Assembly (NCBI GenBank): GCA_040754655.1
Contig: JBFMCE010000029.1
Span: 1-39,817 of the forward strand
Reading direction: 5' to 3'
Origin: Bdellovibrionota bacterium
GTDB taxonomy: Bacteria; Bdellovibrionota; UBA1018; UBA923
Length of the DNA stretch: 39,817 bases
In this document: positions 8,112 to 16,497 of the stretch, one piece after another
Numbering within the stretch: position 1 is the first letter of the stretch
Layout: each line of letters starts with the position of its first letter
Position numbers and translations under genes: made by a program
Notes under the pieces: generated by a model
Databases searched by the model: none
Told to the model about the DNA's origin: nothing
What the model saw: the letters and a program-made list of their open reading frames with translations, nothing else

Positions 8112-9320
8112 TTGGGAAGAAAAGTCGGGTTTCGGTATCTGAGGGCAAAAAAAGGTTCTTCATTCCTCTCGGCGATCACCGCGATCAGCATTGGTGGCGT
8201 TGGCGTTGGCGTGCTCACGATGGTGGTGACACTTTCCGTGATGGCGGGGTTTGAGCAAGAGCTTAAAAAGCGATTGTTCTCGGCCGAGACTCATATCTTG
8301 GTTGAGAGCAACGAGGGGTATTTTCGTGCAAGCCAAGAACAGCTAGCCCAAATCAAGCAATCATCACACGTGATCAAAAGCGTTTATCCGGTTTTGCAGA
8401 CCGAGGTGATCTTAAGATCAGGAAAGAAAGTCAACGGAAGCATCTTGAAAGGCGTCGGCCCAGAGCAGTTGAATTGGGTAAAGAAGCAGGTCATTGAGTG
8501 GGCGCCCAATGAATTGTTGGCAGAGTCATCTGAGGCTCGGCTCTTCATGGGCGCAGAGATGGGCTTCGAGCTTGGAATAGTTCCTGGAGACCGAGTCACT
8601 GTTGTCTCGCCAGTTGAGAGCGAAGGTCCCTTTGGCGCGGTGCCTCGCGTAAAACGGTACGTGATTGAAGGCATTTACAAGACGGGTGTTCCAGAGCAAG
8701 AGCTGCACGTCGTGTTTTCGGCGGACAAGGATGTCGAGTCGTTCTTAAAACAGTCGGGGCTTTTGAGTCAGATTGAAATCCGGGTGGGCACTTTGGAGGA
8801 GGCTCCTGGTGCGGCGAGAGCGATCGAGAAAGTCTTAGGGAACGCTTATCTCGTGCGTCCTTGGCAAGTTTTGAATGCGCACCTTTTCCAGTCGCTCCAG
8901 CTTGAACGCACGGCCATGTTTTGCATCCTTATTTTCATCGTGATCGTAGCCACCTTCAATATTGTCAGCACTTTAACGATGATGGTGCTTGAGAAAAAAC
9001 GGGGGCTTTCGATTCTAAGAGCCATGGGAGCAACGCGCCGGCAGGTCGGGTCTATTTTTCTCTGGGAGGGATTGGCCATCGGTTTGATTGGCGTGGTTGG
9101 CGGCACCATCATCGGAATTGTCATTTGCGAAGTTTTAAGGCGTTATCCCATCATTGAACTTCCCGAAGTTTATTATGACCGTACTCTGCCCGTGGTTGTT
9201 CAACCCACTGGAATTCTCATTGTTGTCGTTTCAGCGTTAGTGATTGTGCTGCTAGGTGCGCTTGCTCCGGCTCGAAGGGCGTCAGATTTACCACCCATCC
9301 AAGGAATTCGCGAAGGCTAG
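8112..9320 (+). CDS. lolE: Lipoprotein-releasing ABC transporter permease, LolC/LolE family; probable TTG start
   Basis: RYLRAKK...FLSAITAISIGGVGVGV..LSVMAGF, ILIFIVIVATFNIVSTLTMMVLEKK, LRAMGAT, and C-terminal PARRA..L.P. Start codon uncertain; no clear RBS. Confidence 0.85.
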   Translation: MGRKVGFRYLRAKKGSSFLSAITAISIGGVGVGVLTMVVTLSVMAGFEQELKKRLFSAETHILVESNEGYFRASQEQLAQIKQSSHVIKSVYPVLQTEVILRSGKKVNGSILKGVGPEQLNWVKKQVIEWAPNELLAESSEARLFMGAEMGFELGIVPGDRVTVVSPVESEGPFGAVPRVKRYVIEGIYKTGVPEQELHVVFSADKDVESFLKQSGLLSQIEIRVGTLEEAPGAARAIEKVLGNAYLVRPWQVLNAHLFQSLQLERTAMFCILIFIVIVATFNIVSTLTMMVLEKKRGLSILRAMGATRRQVGSIFLWEGLAIGLIGVVGGTIIGIVICEVLRRYPIIELPEVYYDRTLPVVVQPTGILIVVVSALVIVLLGALAPARRASDLPPIQGIREG

Positions 9321-9407
9321 GCCGACATCTCTGCCAAAAAGGGCAGGGGGACTTGGCGAAGCCAAAAATCTAAGTTACCACTTTTTCTGGGGTAAAAAGG
9401 GGGATCT

Positions 9408-10097
9408 ATGGGGGCGTATCGAACTGCACCTGCGGTGTGGTGTCGACTTGTAGTGCTTTTCTTGGTCTGCTTGTCATTTATCGCCAGGATTGAGCGTGCT
9501 TACGCGCAAGAAGAGGGGGCTGAGAGCGGCACGAATTCAGGACGCCTGCATCCGGAAAAGCCTGGTGACGAGACTCCTTCGATGCTTCCCGGGAAGGAAG
9601 TTCGAGTTTTACTGAGTAAAGTCATTCCTGATATCGACCGATATCTTGCAATCCTAGTAGAACACGTCGAGGATCTGAAGATCACTCCGGTAAAGGGACG
9701 GACGCGCGTCGAGCTTTTTCTATTCCCCCAGTCGTTTACCATAGAGTTACAACCGGAGAGCGAAGCTAAAGAAGGGCAAATTTATGAGGTGAGGCTGAAG
9801 CAGAAAACCTCATTTGAGCTTTCGATGCATCGAGACAGCCTGATTATCGACCGCATCCAAGGATTTACCGCGCATCTGAACCTTCCGGTGGTTCCTGACG
9901 GAGTGAGTTTACGAAAGCTGAGGCTCGACACCTCAACTGAGATGCTGACGATTTGGGCGTCTGCAGTGGGCGGAACGGTAAGAGTAGTCGCGAAGGCGGA
10001 TGTGCGGATGAGACGTTTTGAAGGGGTGGACTGGGTTCATACGCTCTTACGGAACTTTCCGTTGTTCATGGGTGGCGCGGTTTTTCGGGTGTTATAG
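9408..10097 (+). CDS. Hypothetical exported protein
   Basis: 229-aa ORF with RBS AAAAAGGGGG and a signal peptide ending AYA. No family recognised. Confidence 0.65.
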   Translation: MGAYRTAPAVWCRLVVLFLVCLSFIARIERAYAQEEGAESGTNSGRLHPEKPGDETPSMLPGKEVRVLLSKVIPDIDRYLAILVEHVEDLKITPVKGRTRVELFLFPQSFTIELQPESEAKEGQIYEVRLKQKTSFELSMHRDSLIIDRIQGFTAHLNLPVVPDGVSLRKLRLDTSTEMLTIWASAVGGTVRVVAKADVRMRRFEGVDWVHTLLRNFPLFMGGAVFRVL

Positions 10098-10155
10098 AAA
10101 CCTTGTTTCTTTTCAGGTTTATCTTATCATAAGACTAAGGGGATAGGCCTGCCTC

Positions 10156-11229
10156 GTGACTAAGCGTCATACGTACTACCTGAGAATCGGTTTTCTTCTG
10201 GCAATAGGATTGACTTCATTTGCGGCCATTGCCGAAGATGAAGTGGCAAGGGTTATTCCTTCGGATTCTTCAAGCAGGATTTCAAGCTTCAAACTCAACG
10301 AGAAGGAATTCAAGGTTCGCTCAACGCAGTTGGCCTCTGGAGCGACCCAAGAGTTTATTGTTTTGGAAGGCACGTATCCCAAACCAGATTGGGGGTTGAT
10401 TTGGAAATCTCGCCGAGTACCTCTGGAGTCTGATGGTCATTTTAAGCTTGCTGTGCCTGTGACGGATCGAGCGGTGAATGTTGAGCTTGTAGCGGTAGGG
10501 CCTCGAGGGGAAGTAGAGGCTGAGATGATCCGTCTGTACGTCCCGAAAAAAGCCTTGGCAAAAACGGAAGGTAAAAGCCAGTCTGCCTCAGACCGGAAAA
10601 AGGTTCCCCGTAAGAAAATCACTCTTAGCCCAGGCCTGGGCTATTCGATTATCTCATATCGAGAGACTGACAAGCCCAACTATTCTGAAACTGCTCTGAC
10701 CGCAAAGATTACTTATAGCAATGTATTGTTCAAACCAAACTGGACTTATGGCATCAGCGGTTATTTCACTGCTCTGCCCGTTACAGTAACGGACAATACC
10801 CAGGCAAGGTTTTTAGGGCTTAACTTGCGTGTAGGATACAGTCTTCCAGGCATTCGAGAGCCCTGGCGCATTACTTTGTTCGGCGGGTGGTACTATACTA
10901 CCATGTTTGTCTCGCCTCAGGATTTTGGTTTCCGGAACATGGCGGGTCCGCAACTGTACCCGGTGTTTCGGCGGTCTTTGAACAACGGCAATTCGATCGT
11001 AGCGTACTTCAAGTACTCACCCGTGTCTGATCAATCGAGCATTCTTTCGTTTTCAAACCATGAGTTGGCGGGCGGAGGCGCTTACGTCATCATGTTGAAT
11101 AATGGGCACCCTCTGTCGTTGACGCTGGATATCGCGAAAATGCACATGGTCATCAAAGACAGGGTGGCAGACAGTGAGAGCATAGTAGACACCCATTCCA
11201 TTTCGATCGGTGCTTCCTACGGCATTTGA
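10156..11229 (+). CDS. Probable outer-membrane beta-barrel protein with an N-terminal Ig-like domain
   Basis: Signal peptide ending AIA, beta-rich N-domain (DGHFKLAVPV..VNVELVAVGPRG), amphipathic aromatic strands in the C-terminal half, and terminal strand ISIGASYGI. Confidence 0.6.
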   Translation: MTKRHTYYLRIGFLLAIGLTSFAAIAEDEVARVIPSDSSSRISSFKLNEKEFKVRSTQLASGATQEFIVLEGTYPKPDWGLIWKSRRVPLESDGHFKLAVPVTDRAVNVELVAVGPRGEVEAEMIRLYVPKKALAKTEGKSQSASDRKKVPRKKITLSPGLGYSIISYRETDKPNYSETALTAKITYSNVLFKPNWTYGISGYFTALPVTVTDNTQARFLGLNLRVGYSLPGIREPWRITLFGGWYYTTMFVSPQDFGFRNMAGPQLYPVFRRSLNNGNSIVAYFKYSPVSDQSSILSFSNHELAGGGAYVIMLNNGHPLSLTLDIAKMHMVIKDRVADSESIVDTHSISIGASYGI

Positions 11230-11242
11230 TTAAAAACCGTGA

Positions 11243-13123
11243 TTAGGCCGCGGCCTTCAAGAGAGTGGCCTTTTTTGGAATCGTTCCCACGACGACAGTG
11301 ATGTCGTCGGCCAAGTGGGTCGCGTTTTCTCCGAAGAACTCAAGCGATTGATGCAAGAGTTGGTCGCAGATCGTTTTCGCGTTGGCGTCGTTCTTCTCAG
11401 CGAGCTCTAAGAGCATCTTCGTGAGTTGTTGCTTGGTGATCATCTTTCCGTCAGGGCTTTCGCATTCTACGAGCCCGTCGGTGTACCAGAACACCATGTC
11501 GCCCGGCTCAAGTTGAAAAGTGACCGGGTCGATGCTGAGGTCCTGCCCGAGGCCTAGGGCGGGCCCTTGTGCTCCCATCAGAGGTTTGAAGTGTTTGATG
11601 GCGTTTTCAAGGGGAACGTCGGCCTTTTTGCGATAAACGTAAGGTGGCCTATGTGAAGCGTTTACGAGGCTCATGACGCCGCTTCGCAGGTCGATCACTG
11701 ATGCGATGAAGGTCATCGTGGCTTCTTTTCCTGCCGAGGCTAAGATCGCCTCATTCAAATATTTTACGATCTCTTTTGGCGAGGGGACGACGTCTGGCTG
11801 ACTCTTCAATTGGCTCATTAAGATTGAGAATGCGCCGTGCGCGGAAGCGGTCACCAATGCCGCGGAGACCCCGTGACCCGTGACGTCGCCGATGACGACG
11901 ACAAGATGGTTTTCGAATTTTGCGTAGTACCACCAGTCCCCGCCGCACTCGGAGGCCGCAACTGATTTGCCTGATAGGGCAATGCTGTCATGCTCGAAGT
12001 CGCTTAGCGGGAAAAATCTATTTTGCAGCACTTGAGCAGTTTCGAGCTCTTTTTCCATCCGAGCCTTCTCTGCGGTGTGCACCATCAGTTCTTCGATCTT
12101 TTGCGCCATCGTATTGAATGAGTCTGCAAGACCACCGATCTCATCATTCGACGTTTTGCCGAAATCAACACGGCATGAAAAGTCTCCCTCGGAGACCTTC
12201 TGTGTCGCGTTCCAGAGTTGGCCAAGGCGTTTGGTCATTCCTTTTACGAAAATGAGCGTGACTCCGATCGCGAGCAAAAGGATGCTCACGCCCAAGAAGA
12301 TTGAACGGTGGGTGAGGGTTTTTGCTGCCGTGAAGGCAATGTCTTTTGAAACAAGGCTTAAAATAACGAGTTGATTGTAACCGAAACGTTGGTAACCGAC
12401 GATGAAGTCTTGGTCGTTCGAGTTCCACTCGCGGACTCCGGAAGGGAATCCGCTTTCGAGCAGAGACCTTTTCAAATCAACGAACTTTTCATGATCGAGG
12501 TTGGTGGCCCCATTTGATCTCAGCGTCGCGCCCGAGGCGTCGACGAGGTAGAGTTGCGCGATTTTCCCGAGCCCCGATTCAAAGAGTTTTTCGTGTGGCT
12601 CGACCAGCGCGATGAAAGCGATCGGCTGCCCCGAGTTGTCGACGATTCGCGCGCCAACCGGAATCTTTCCATTGCGGCTCGCGCCCACGAGGACGGGTTC
12701 TTTGTTATACATCGCTGGCGTCCAGCCGAGTTGGTCTACCAGCGTTTTGTTTTCGGCTGTGACCTTCCCCAGTTCGAGATCGATGCTGAAACGCTTTTGA
12801 TCGACTGGCCTCAGAAAAACGATGTGCGAGACGCCTGCGGTCTTTTCGATTTCAGCGTAAGCCTGCTTTATCAGTTCAGGATTGATCTGCTTAGAACCCG
12901 GGGCGACAAGGCTCCCCAGCATGCGGGCGGTGGTGATGGTTTTTTGGATTTGTCCTTCGACCCCGTCAGAGACTGATTTGAGTTGGGTCAGATTGTAATC
13001 GTAGATGTACGAGGTCTTGTCTTGGATGATGAGCGACGTGCCAATGTAAAGATATGAGAGCAGGCTAAACGCAAGCGCGCTCGCGATCAGGAGAACGATT
13101 TTTACTCTGATGGGCAGGCTCAT
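11243..13123 (-). CDS. Membrane sensor Ser/Thr phosphatase: TM, periplasmic Cache-like domain, TM, HAMP, SpoIIE/RsbU-type PP2C
   Basis: Two TM helices, HAMP motif (DEIGGLADSFNTM), and intact PP2C metal motifs GGDWW, GDVTGHG, YTDGLVE and DDITVV. The start could also be 13135 or 13150. Confidence 0.9.
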   Translation of the reverse strand: MSLPIRVKIVLLIASALAFSLLSYLYIGTSLIIQDKTSYIYDYNLTQLKSVSDGVEGQIQKTITTARMLGSLVAPGSKQINPELIKQAYAEIEKTAGVSHIVFLRPVDQKRFSIDLELGKVTAENKTLVDQLGWTPAMYNKEPVLVGASRNGKIPVGARIVDNSGQPIAFIALVEPHEKLFESGLGKIAQLYLVDASGATLRSNGATNLDHEKFVDLKRSLLESGFPSGVREWNSNDQDFIVGYQRFGYNQLVILSLVSKDIAFTAAKTLTHRSIFLGVSILLLAIGVTLIFVKGMTKRLGQLWNATQKVSEGDFSCRVDFGKTSNDEIGGLADSFNTMAQKIEELMVHTAEKARMEKELETAQVLQNRFFPLSDFEHDSIALSGKSVAASECGGDWWYYAKFENHLVVVIGDVTGHGVSAALVTASAHGAFSILMSQLKSQPDVVPSPKEIVKYLNEAILASAGKEATMTFIASVIDLRSGVMSLVNASHRPPYVYRKKADVPLENAIKHFKPLMGAQGPALGLGQDLSIDPVTFQLEPGDMVFWYTDGLVECESPDGKMITKQQLTKMLLELAEKNDANAKTICDQLLHQSLEFFGENATHLADDITVVVGTIPKKATLLKAAA

Positions 13124-13164
13124 TCGGGAAGTCACTGAAAGTGTCCTCATCCTCTCTACGAACA

Positions 13165-13204
13165 CTATCGGATGGCTACAGAAAATTCTTAAAGCTGTCG
13201 ATAC
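13165..13204. promoter_or_regulatory. Overlapping divergent FliA (sigma28)-like promoters
   Basis: Minus strand TTAAG-N15-TCCGATAG (13192-13165) and plus strand TACAG-N15-GTCGATAC (13177-13204). Both resemble TAAA-N15-GCCGATAA. Confidence 0.45.
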
Positions 13205-13215
13205 GATCTATAGAG

Positions 13216-15288
13216 ATGGAAACCGCGAGACCCTCTAGGGAACCTCAACCAAAGACCGGCGCCAGTAAGCAAAACTTGCCTATGCGAGAGGGCAGGCTCG
13301 ACTGGGCCGTGGCCATTCTTTGCATCATGAGCGGGGCGGTAGGCTTGAGGCTCGTGAATGATTCCGAGTTTTGGAATCAGTTCATGTCAGGCAGCGGGCC
13401 TACGGCGCCGTTAGGCACTGTGGTGCGAGAGCAAGGCGGGGTCAGGTACAGGGCCGACGGATCACCTGTCTGGCACGACGTTCGCGGTCAAGCCGCGAAC
13501 GTTTCCGGTGGCGATCTCGTGTTCACCTCTTCTGACGGTAAAGCTGAGTTGCAAATGTTCGACGGCGGGTCGGTGAAGATCATGCCCAACTCACTCGTAG
13601 TGGTTCAATCGGCGTCGCCTAAAGATGAAGGCGCGGCTTTGTTTCTAGGCAAGTTGGTCAAACCAAAATCCCAACCCAATTCCTTGATTGAAATCAAACA
13701 AGGTAGCGTGAAGCTTGATTTGACGAAAGAAGCCAAATCAGTGGAAGTCGCCGTTCGAGACAAGAAGTACAAGATCTCGTCTGAAACCGCGCAAGGCTCT
13801 CTGGAAGTCTCAGTCGGCGGTGAAACGGCGGCGGACCAAGTGCGGTTTACCAGCGGCTCCGGAACTAAGCTCAAAATCAGCGAAGAGAATCTTACAGGCA
13901 CTAAGAAAAAGACGATCCAACTCGATGGCGGTCAGGCTGCTCTCATCAAGCCTAAAGGCGAGGTCACCGTGAAGGTGATTCCCTTTCAAGCGATGGTACC
14001 GCAAAACGGCGATATGGTGGTGTTTCTGCCGGCGAGCGCGGACAAACCCGTCGGGAGCACCTTATTTCGCTGGGAGTGGTTTGAGGACCGTCTGGGTCCG
14101 AAGGCGAACGAAGCGAAGGTTCGTGTCGAGATTGAGGGCAAAGAAAAGAAGTCGGTCGAAGCGCTGGGGCGCTCTCGCAACGCAAAGGTCGAGTTGCCTC
14201 AAGGAAATTACAAGTGGCGGCTCGTATACGATGACTCGAAGTCGGGCGTCGTGGAAAGCCCATGGATTCCATTCTCGACGAGCGCGCTCACCCCACCCGT
14301 CGTCTTGGGGCCTGTTGATGAATCAAAGGTATTTACAAAGAAAGGCGAGAAAAAAACGATACCCTTCACCTGGGAAAAACTCGCCCCCGGTCTTAAGCCG
14401 ATCCTGGAAATCGCGCCGTCAAGCCCTAAGGGAGCGCAGAAAATCACCCAGTCCGGTGAACTTACGGGAACCACGGTTGCCCTAGAAGCCGGCCAATATT
14501 CGTGGCGGATGCTCGCGGAAGATCCCAATGGCCGCCAATCAAAATGGACCGAGGAGCATAGGCTTGTTGTTGAGGATCAAGCCTTACCGCTTGCTTCAAC
14601 CATCAATCCCGCCCTTGTGACTGCGCCTGTAAAAGTTGAAGACCCCGCCGAAAAAGCCAAACAAGAAGCTGAGGCCGCGGCGGCAGTTGCCGCTGAGAAA
14701 GAAAGGCGAGAAGCAATGCGCAAGATCACTGCGGCTCCGGTTGCCGCATCAACGCGTTTGGGTGAAAACGTCACCCTCGAAGAAGCTTCGGTGACCGTAA
14801 AATGGGAGCCTGTTGAAGGGGCTGAAGAATATGAGGTCACGTTTTTCAATGAAAAACTAGAACCTGTGCGGCAGGAGAAAGTGAAGGATCCTCAGATTCC
14901 GCTTCGGGTTCGGTCTGCGGATGAAGCGCCGTCGCGGTATCGCGTGCAGGCCAAGCTTGGGTCGGGTCGAAAGATCGCAAGTTCAATGGTGCCTCTGAAG
15001 TTTGACTTTGCTGCGCCCATTCCTAAGCAGCCTCCGAATGGGATGGTCACGAAGCCGGGTTCCAGCGTGCTGCTCACCTGGGAGCGCACAGCTTTAACAG
15101 AGGCTTATAAGCTTCAGGTCGCTGAAGATGCCTCATTTAAAAAGATCCTTGAAGAAAAGTCTGGCGCGGACAACTGGGGCGTTTTCAGCCCGAGCAAACC
15201 GGGAACCTATTACTGGCGCGTGCAAGCAAGGTCTGCGAAACGCCAAAGCTCATGGAGCAGAGTGGGTAATTTTAGTATCAAAAAATAG
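13216..15288 (+). CDS. Membrane-anchored FecR-domain protein with C-terminal fibronectin-III/Ig-like repeats
   Basis: N-terminal TM, FecR-like motif GDLVFTSSDGKAELQMFDGGSVKIMPNSLV, repeated GxYxWRx motifs (GNYKWRL, GQYSWRM, GTYYWRVQA) and WEPVEGAEEYEV. Start is 13216 or 13282. Confidence 0.8.
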   Translation: METARPSREPQPKTGASKQNLPMREGRLDWAVAILCIMSGAVGLRLVNDSEFWNQFMSGSGPTAPLGTVVREQGGVRYRADGSPVWHDVRGQAANVSGGDLVFTSSDGKAELQMFDGGSVKIMPNSLVVVQSASPKDEGAALFLGKLVKPKSQPNSLIEIKQGSVKLDLTKEAKSVEVAVRDKKYKISSETAQGSLEVSVGGETAADQVRFTSGSGTKLKISEENLTGTKKKTIQLDGGQAALIKPKGEVTVKVIPFQAMVPQNGDMVVFLPASADKPVGSTLFRWEWFEDRLGPKANEAKVRVEIEGKEKKSVEALGRSRNAKVELPQGNYKWRLVYDDSKSGVVESPWIPFSTSALTPPVVLGPVDESKVFTKKGEKKTIPFTWEKLAPGLKPILEIAPSSPKGAQKITQSGELTGTTVALEAGQYSWRMLAEDPNGRQSKWTEEHRLVVEDQALPLASTINPALVTAPVKVEDPAEKAKQEAEAAAAVAAEKERREAMRKITAAPVAASTRLGENVTLEEASVTVKWEPVEGAEEYEVTFFNEKLEPVRQEKVKDPQIPLRVRSADEAPSRYRVQAKLGSGRKIASSMVPLKFDFAAPIPKQPPNGMVTKPGSSVLLTWERTALTEAYKLQVAEDASFKKILEEKSGADNWGVFSPSKPGTYYWRVQARSAKRQSSWSRVGNFSIKK

Positions 15289-15379
15289 TGAGAACTCTCT
15301 CACAAGCCTTCCTATGTCGCTTCACGTCAAAGAAATGTGAAGCTCTATAAATCAAAACCCATTCTTAACATAGCCTAAG

Positions 15380-15408
15380 TTGACAGACGAACAGGCTTCT
15401 TCTACGTT
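15380..15408 (+). promoter_or_regulatory. Sigma70-like promoter of the exbB-exbD-PLD operon
   Basis: TTGACA-N17-TACGTT, about 20 nt before ATG 15428. Confidence 0.55.
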
Positions 15409-15427
15409 CTGTTTCCGGAGGGGGAGC

Positions 15428-16039
15428 ATGTCGGTTTGGGAACTCGTTAAAACAGGCGGATGGACAATGATTCCATTATTCGTCTGTTCAGTGGCTGTCT
15501 GGGGTGTTGTGGTTGAGCGCTTTTGGACACTGCGCAACTGGCGCGAAAAGAACCGCGAATTCCTTCTCTCCTTTTCAAACTTGTGGTTGCGGGGAGAGAA
15601 AGACGGAGCCCGTAAGCTTTCAGAAAAGGCCGGAGTGGAGTTGGCAGACCTGGCGCGAGAACTCTTCAATGAACCTTTGACCGAAAAGTTGGTCCACCGG
15701 ATTGAGAGAAAACGCCTAGAACAGGCCGGAGAACTCAGACGTTTCCTTTGGGTTTTGGGCACCATCGGTACATCTGCCCCATTTATCGGGCTCTTTGGCA
15801 CGGTCGTCGGCATCATCAAATCTTTTGCGAGCATAGCGGAGGCTGGGACCGGCGGGTTTGCGGTCGTGGCTGCAGGCATCTCTGAAGCGCTCGTAGCGAC
15901 TGCGGCGGGAATTCTTGTCGCAGTGATCGCAGTATTTTTTTACAATTATTTTCAAGTTCGGGTAGGCCAGTATCAGTTCCAACTCAAGCTTCTTACTGAA
16001 GAGATGATTGAAGTCTGGGATCGCAAGGGTGCGGCTTAA
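15428..16039 (+). CDS. exbB: MotA/TolQ/ExbB proton-channel family protein
   Basis: GGWTMIPL...VERF, LGTIGTSAPFIGLFGTVVGII and AGISEALVATAAGILVA. RBS GGAGGGGG. Confidence 0.9.
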   Translation: MSVWELVKTGGWTMIPLFVCSVAVWGVVVERFWTLRNWREKNREFLLSFSNLWLRGEKDGARKLSEKAGVELADLARELFNEPLTEKLVHRIERKRLEQAGELRRFLWVLGTIGTSAPFIGLFGTVVGIIKSFASIAEAGTGGFAVVAAGISEALVATAAGILVAVIAVFFYNYFQVRVGQYQFQLKLLTEEMIEVWDRKGAA

Positions 16040-16041
16040 CC

Positions 16042-16497
16042 ATGGCGATGCAATTGGGAGTGGGCTCTGGGGGGCGCACTGGCTTAGATGGCGAGGAGTA
16101 CCTTGAGCCCTCGATTGTCGCTGAGATCAATATCACGCCGCTTACCGATATCTTTCTGGTTCTTCTGATCATTTTCATGGTCACGAGCAGCGTGCTGTCT
16201 CAAATGAATGTGCAAGTGCAGTTGCCGCAGTCTACGAACGCGGCATCGTCAAACCAAACCCCTGGAGTCATCGTGACGGTGACAAGCGCCAGTCAAATCT
16301 TTGTGAATGGCGTGGCAATCTCAGAGCAGCAACTGGGGCAGGCTCTTAAGACGGTGCTTGCAAAAAGCCCCGATAAGACGGTGATCCTCGAAGGCGACAG
16401 GCAAGCGGTGTTAGGAACGATTGTCAAGGTCATGGACGAAGGGAAGAAGGCTGGTGCGTTGAAGTTCGCGATCTCAACCAAAGGGGGATCGGAATGA
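16042..16497 (+). CDS. exbD: ExbD/TolR family protein
   Basis: AEINITPLTDIFLVLLIIFMV with the conserved Asp, plus VILEGD and VMDEGKKAG. Confidence 0.9.
   Translation: MAMQLGVGSGGRTGLDGEEYLEPSIVAEINITPLTDIFLVLLIIFMVTSSVLSQMNVQVQLPQSTNAASSNQTPGVIVTVTSASQIFVNGVAISEQQLGQALKTVLAKSPDKTVILEGDRQAVLGTIVKVMDEGKKAGALKFAISTKGGSE

Noticed and set aside
15288..15343. Two small hairpins (GTGAGA/TCTCAC and GCTTCAC/GTGAAGC) after the FecR gene
   Set aside because: Short stems without a good U-tract, so I could not call a terminator or RNA gene.
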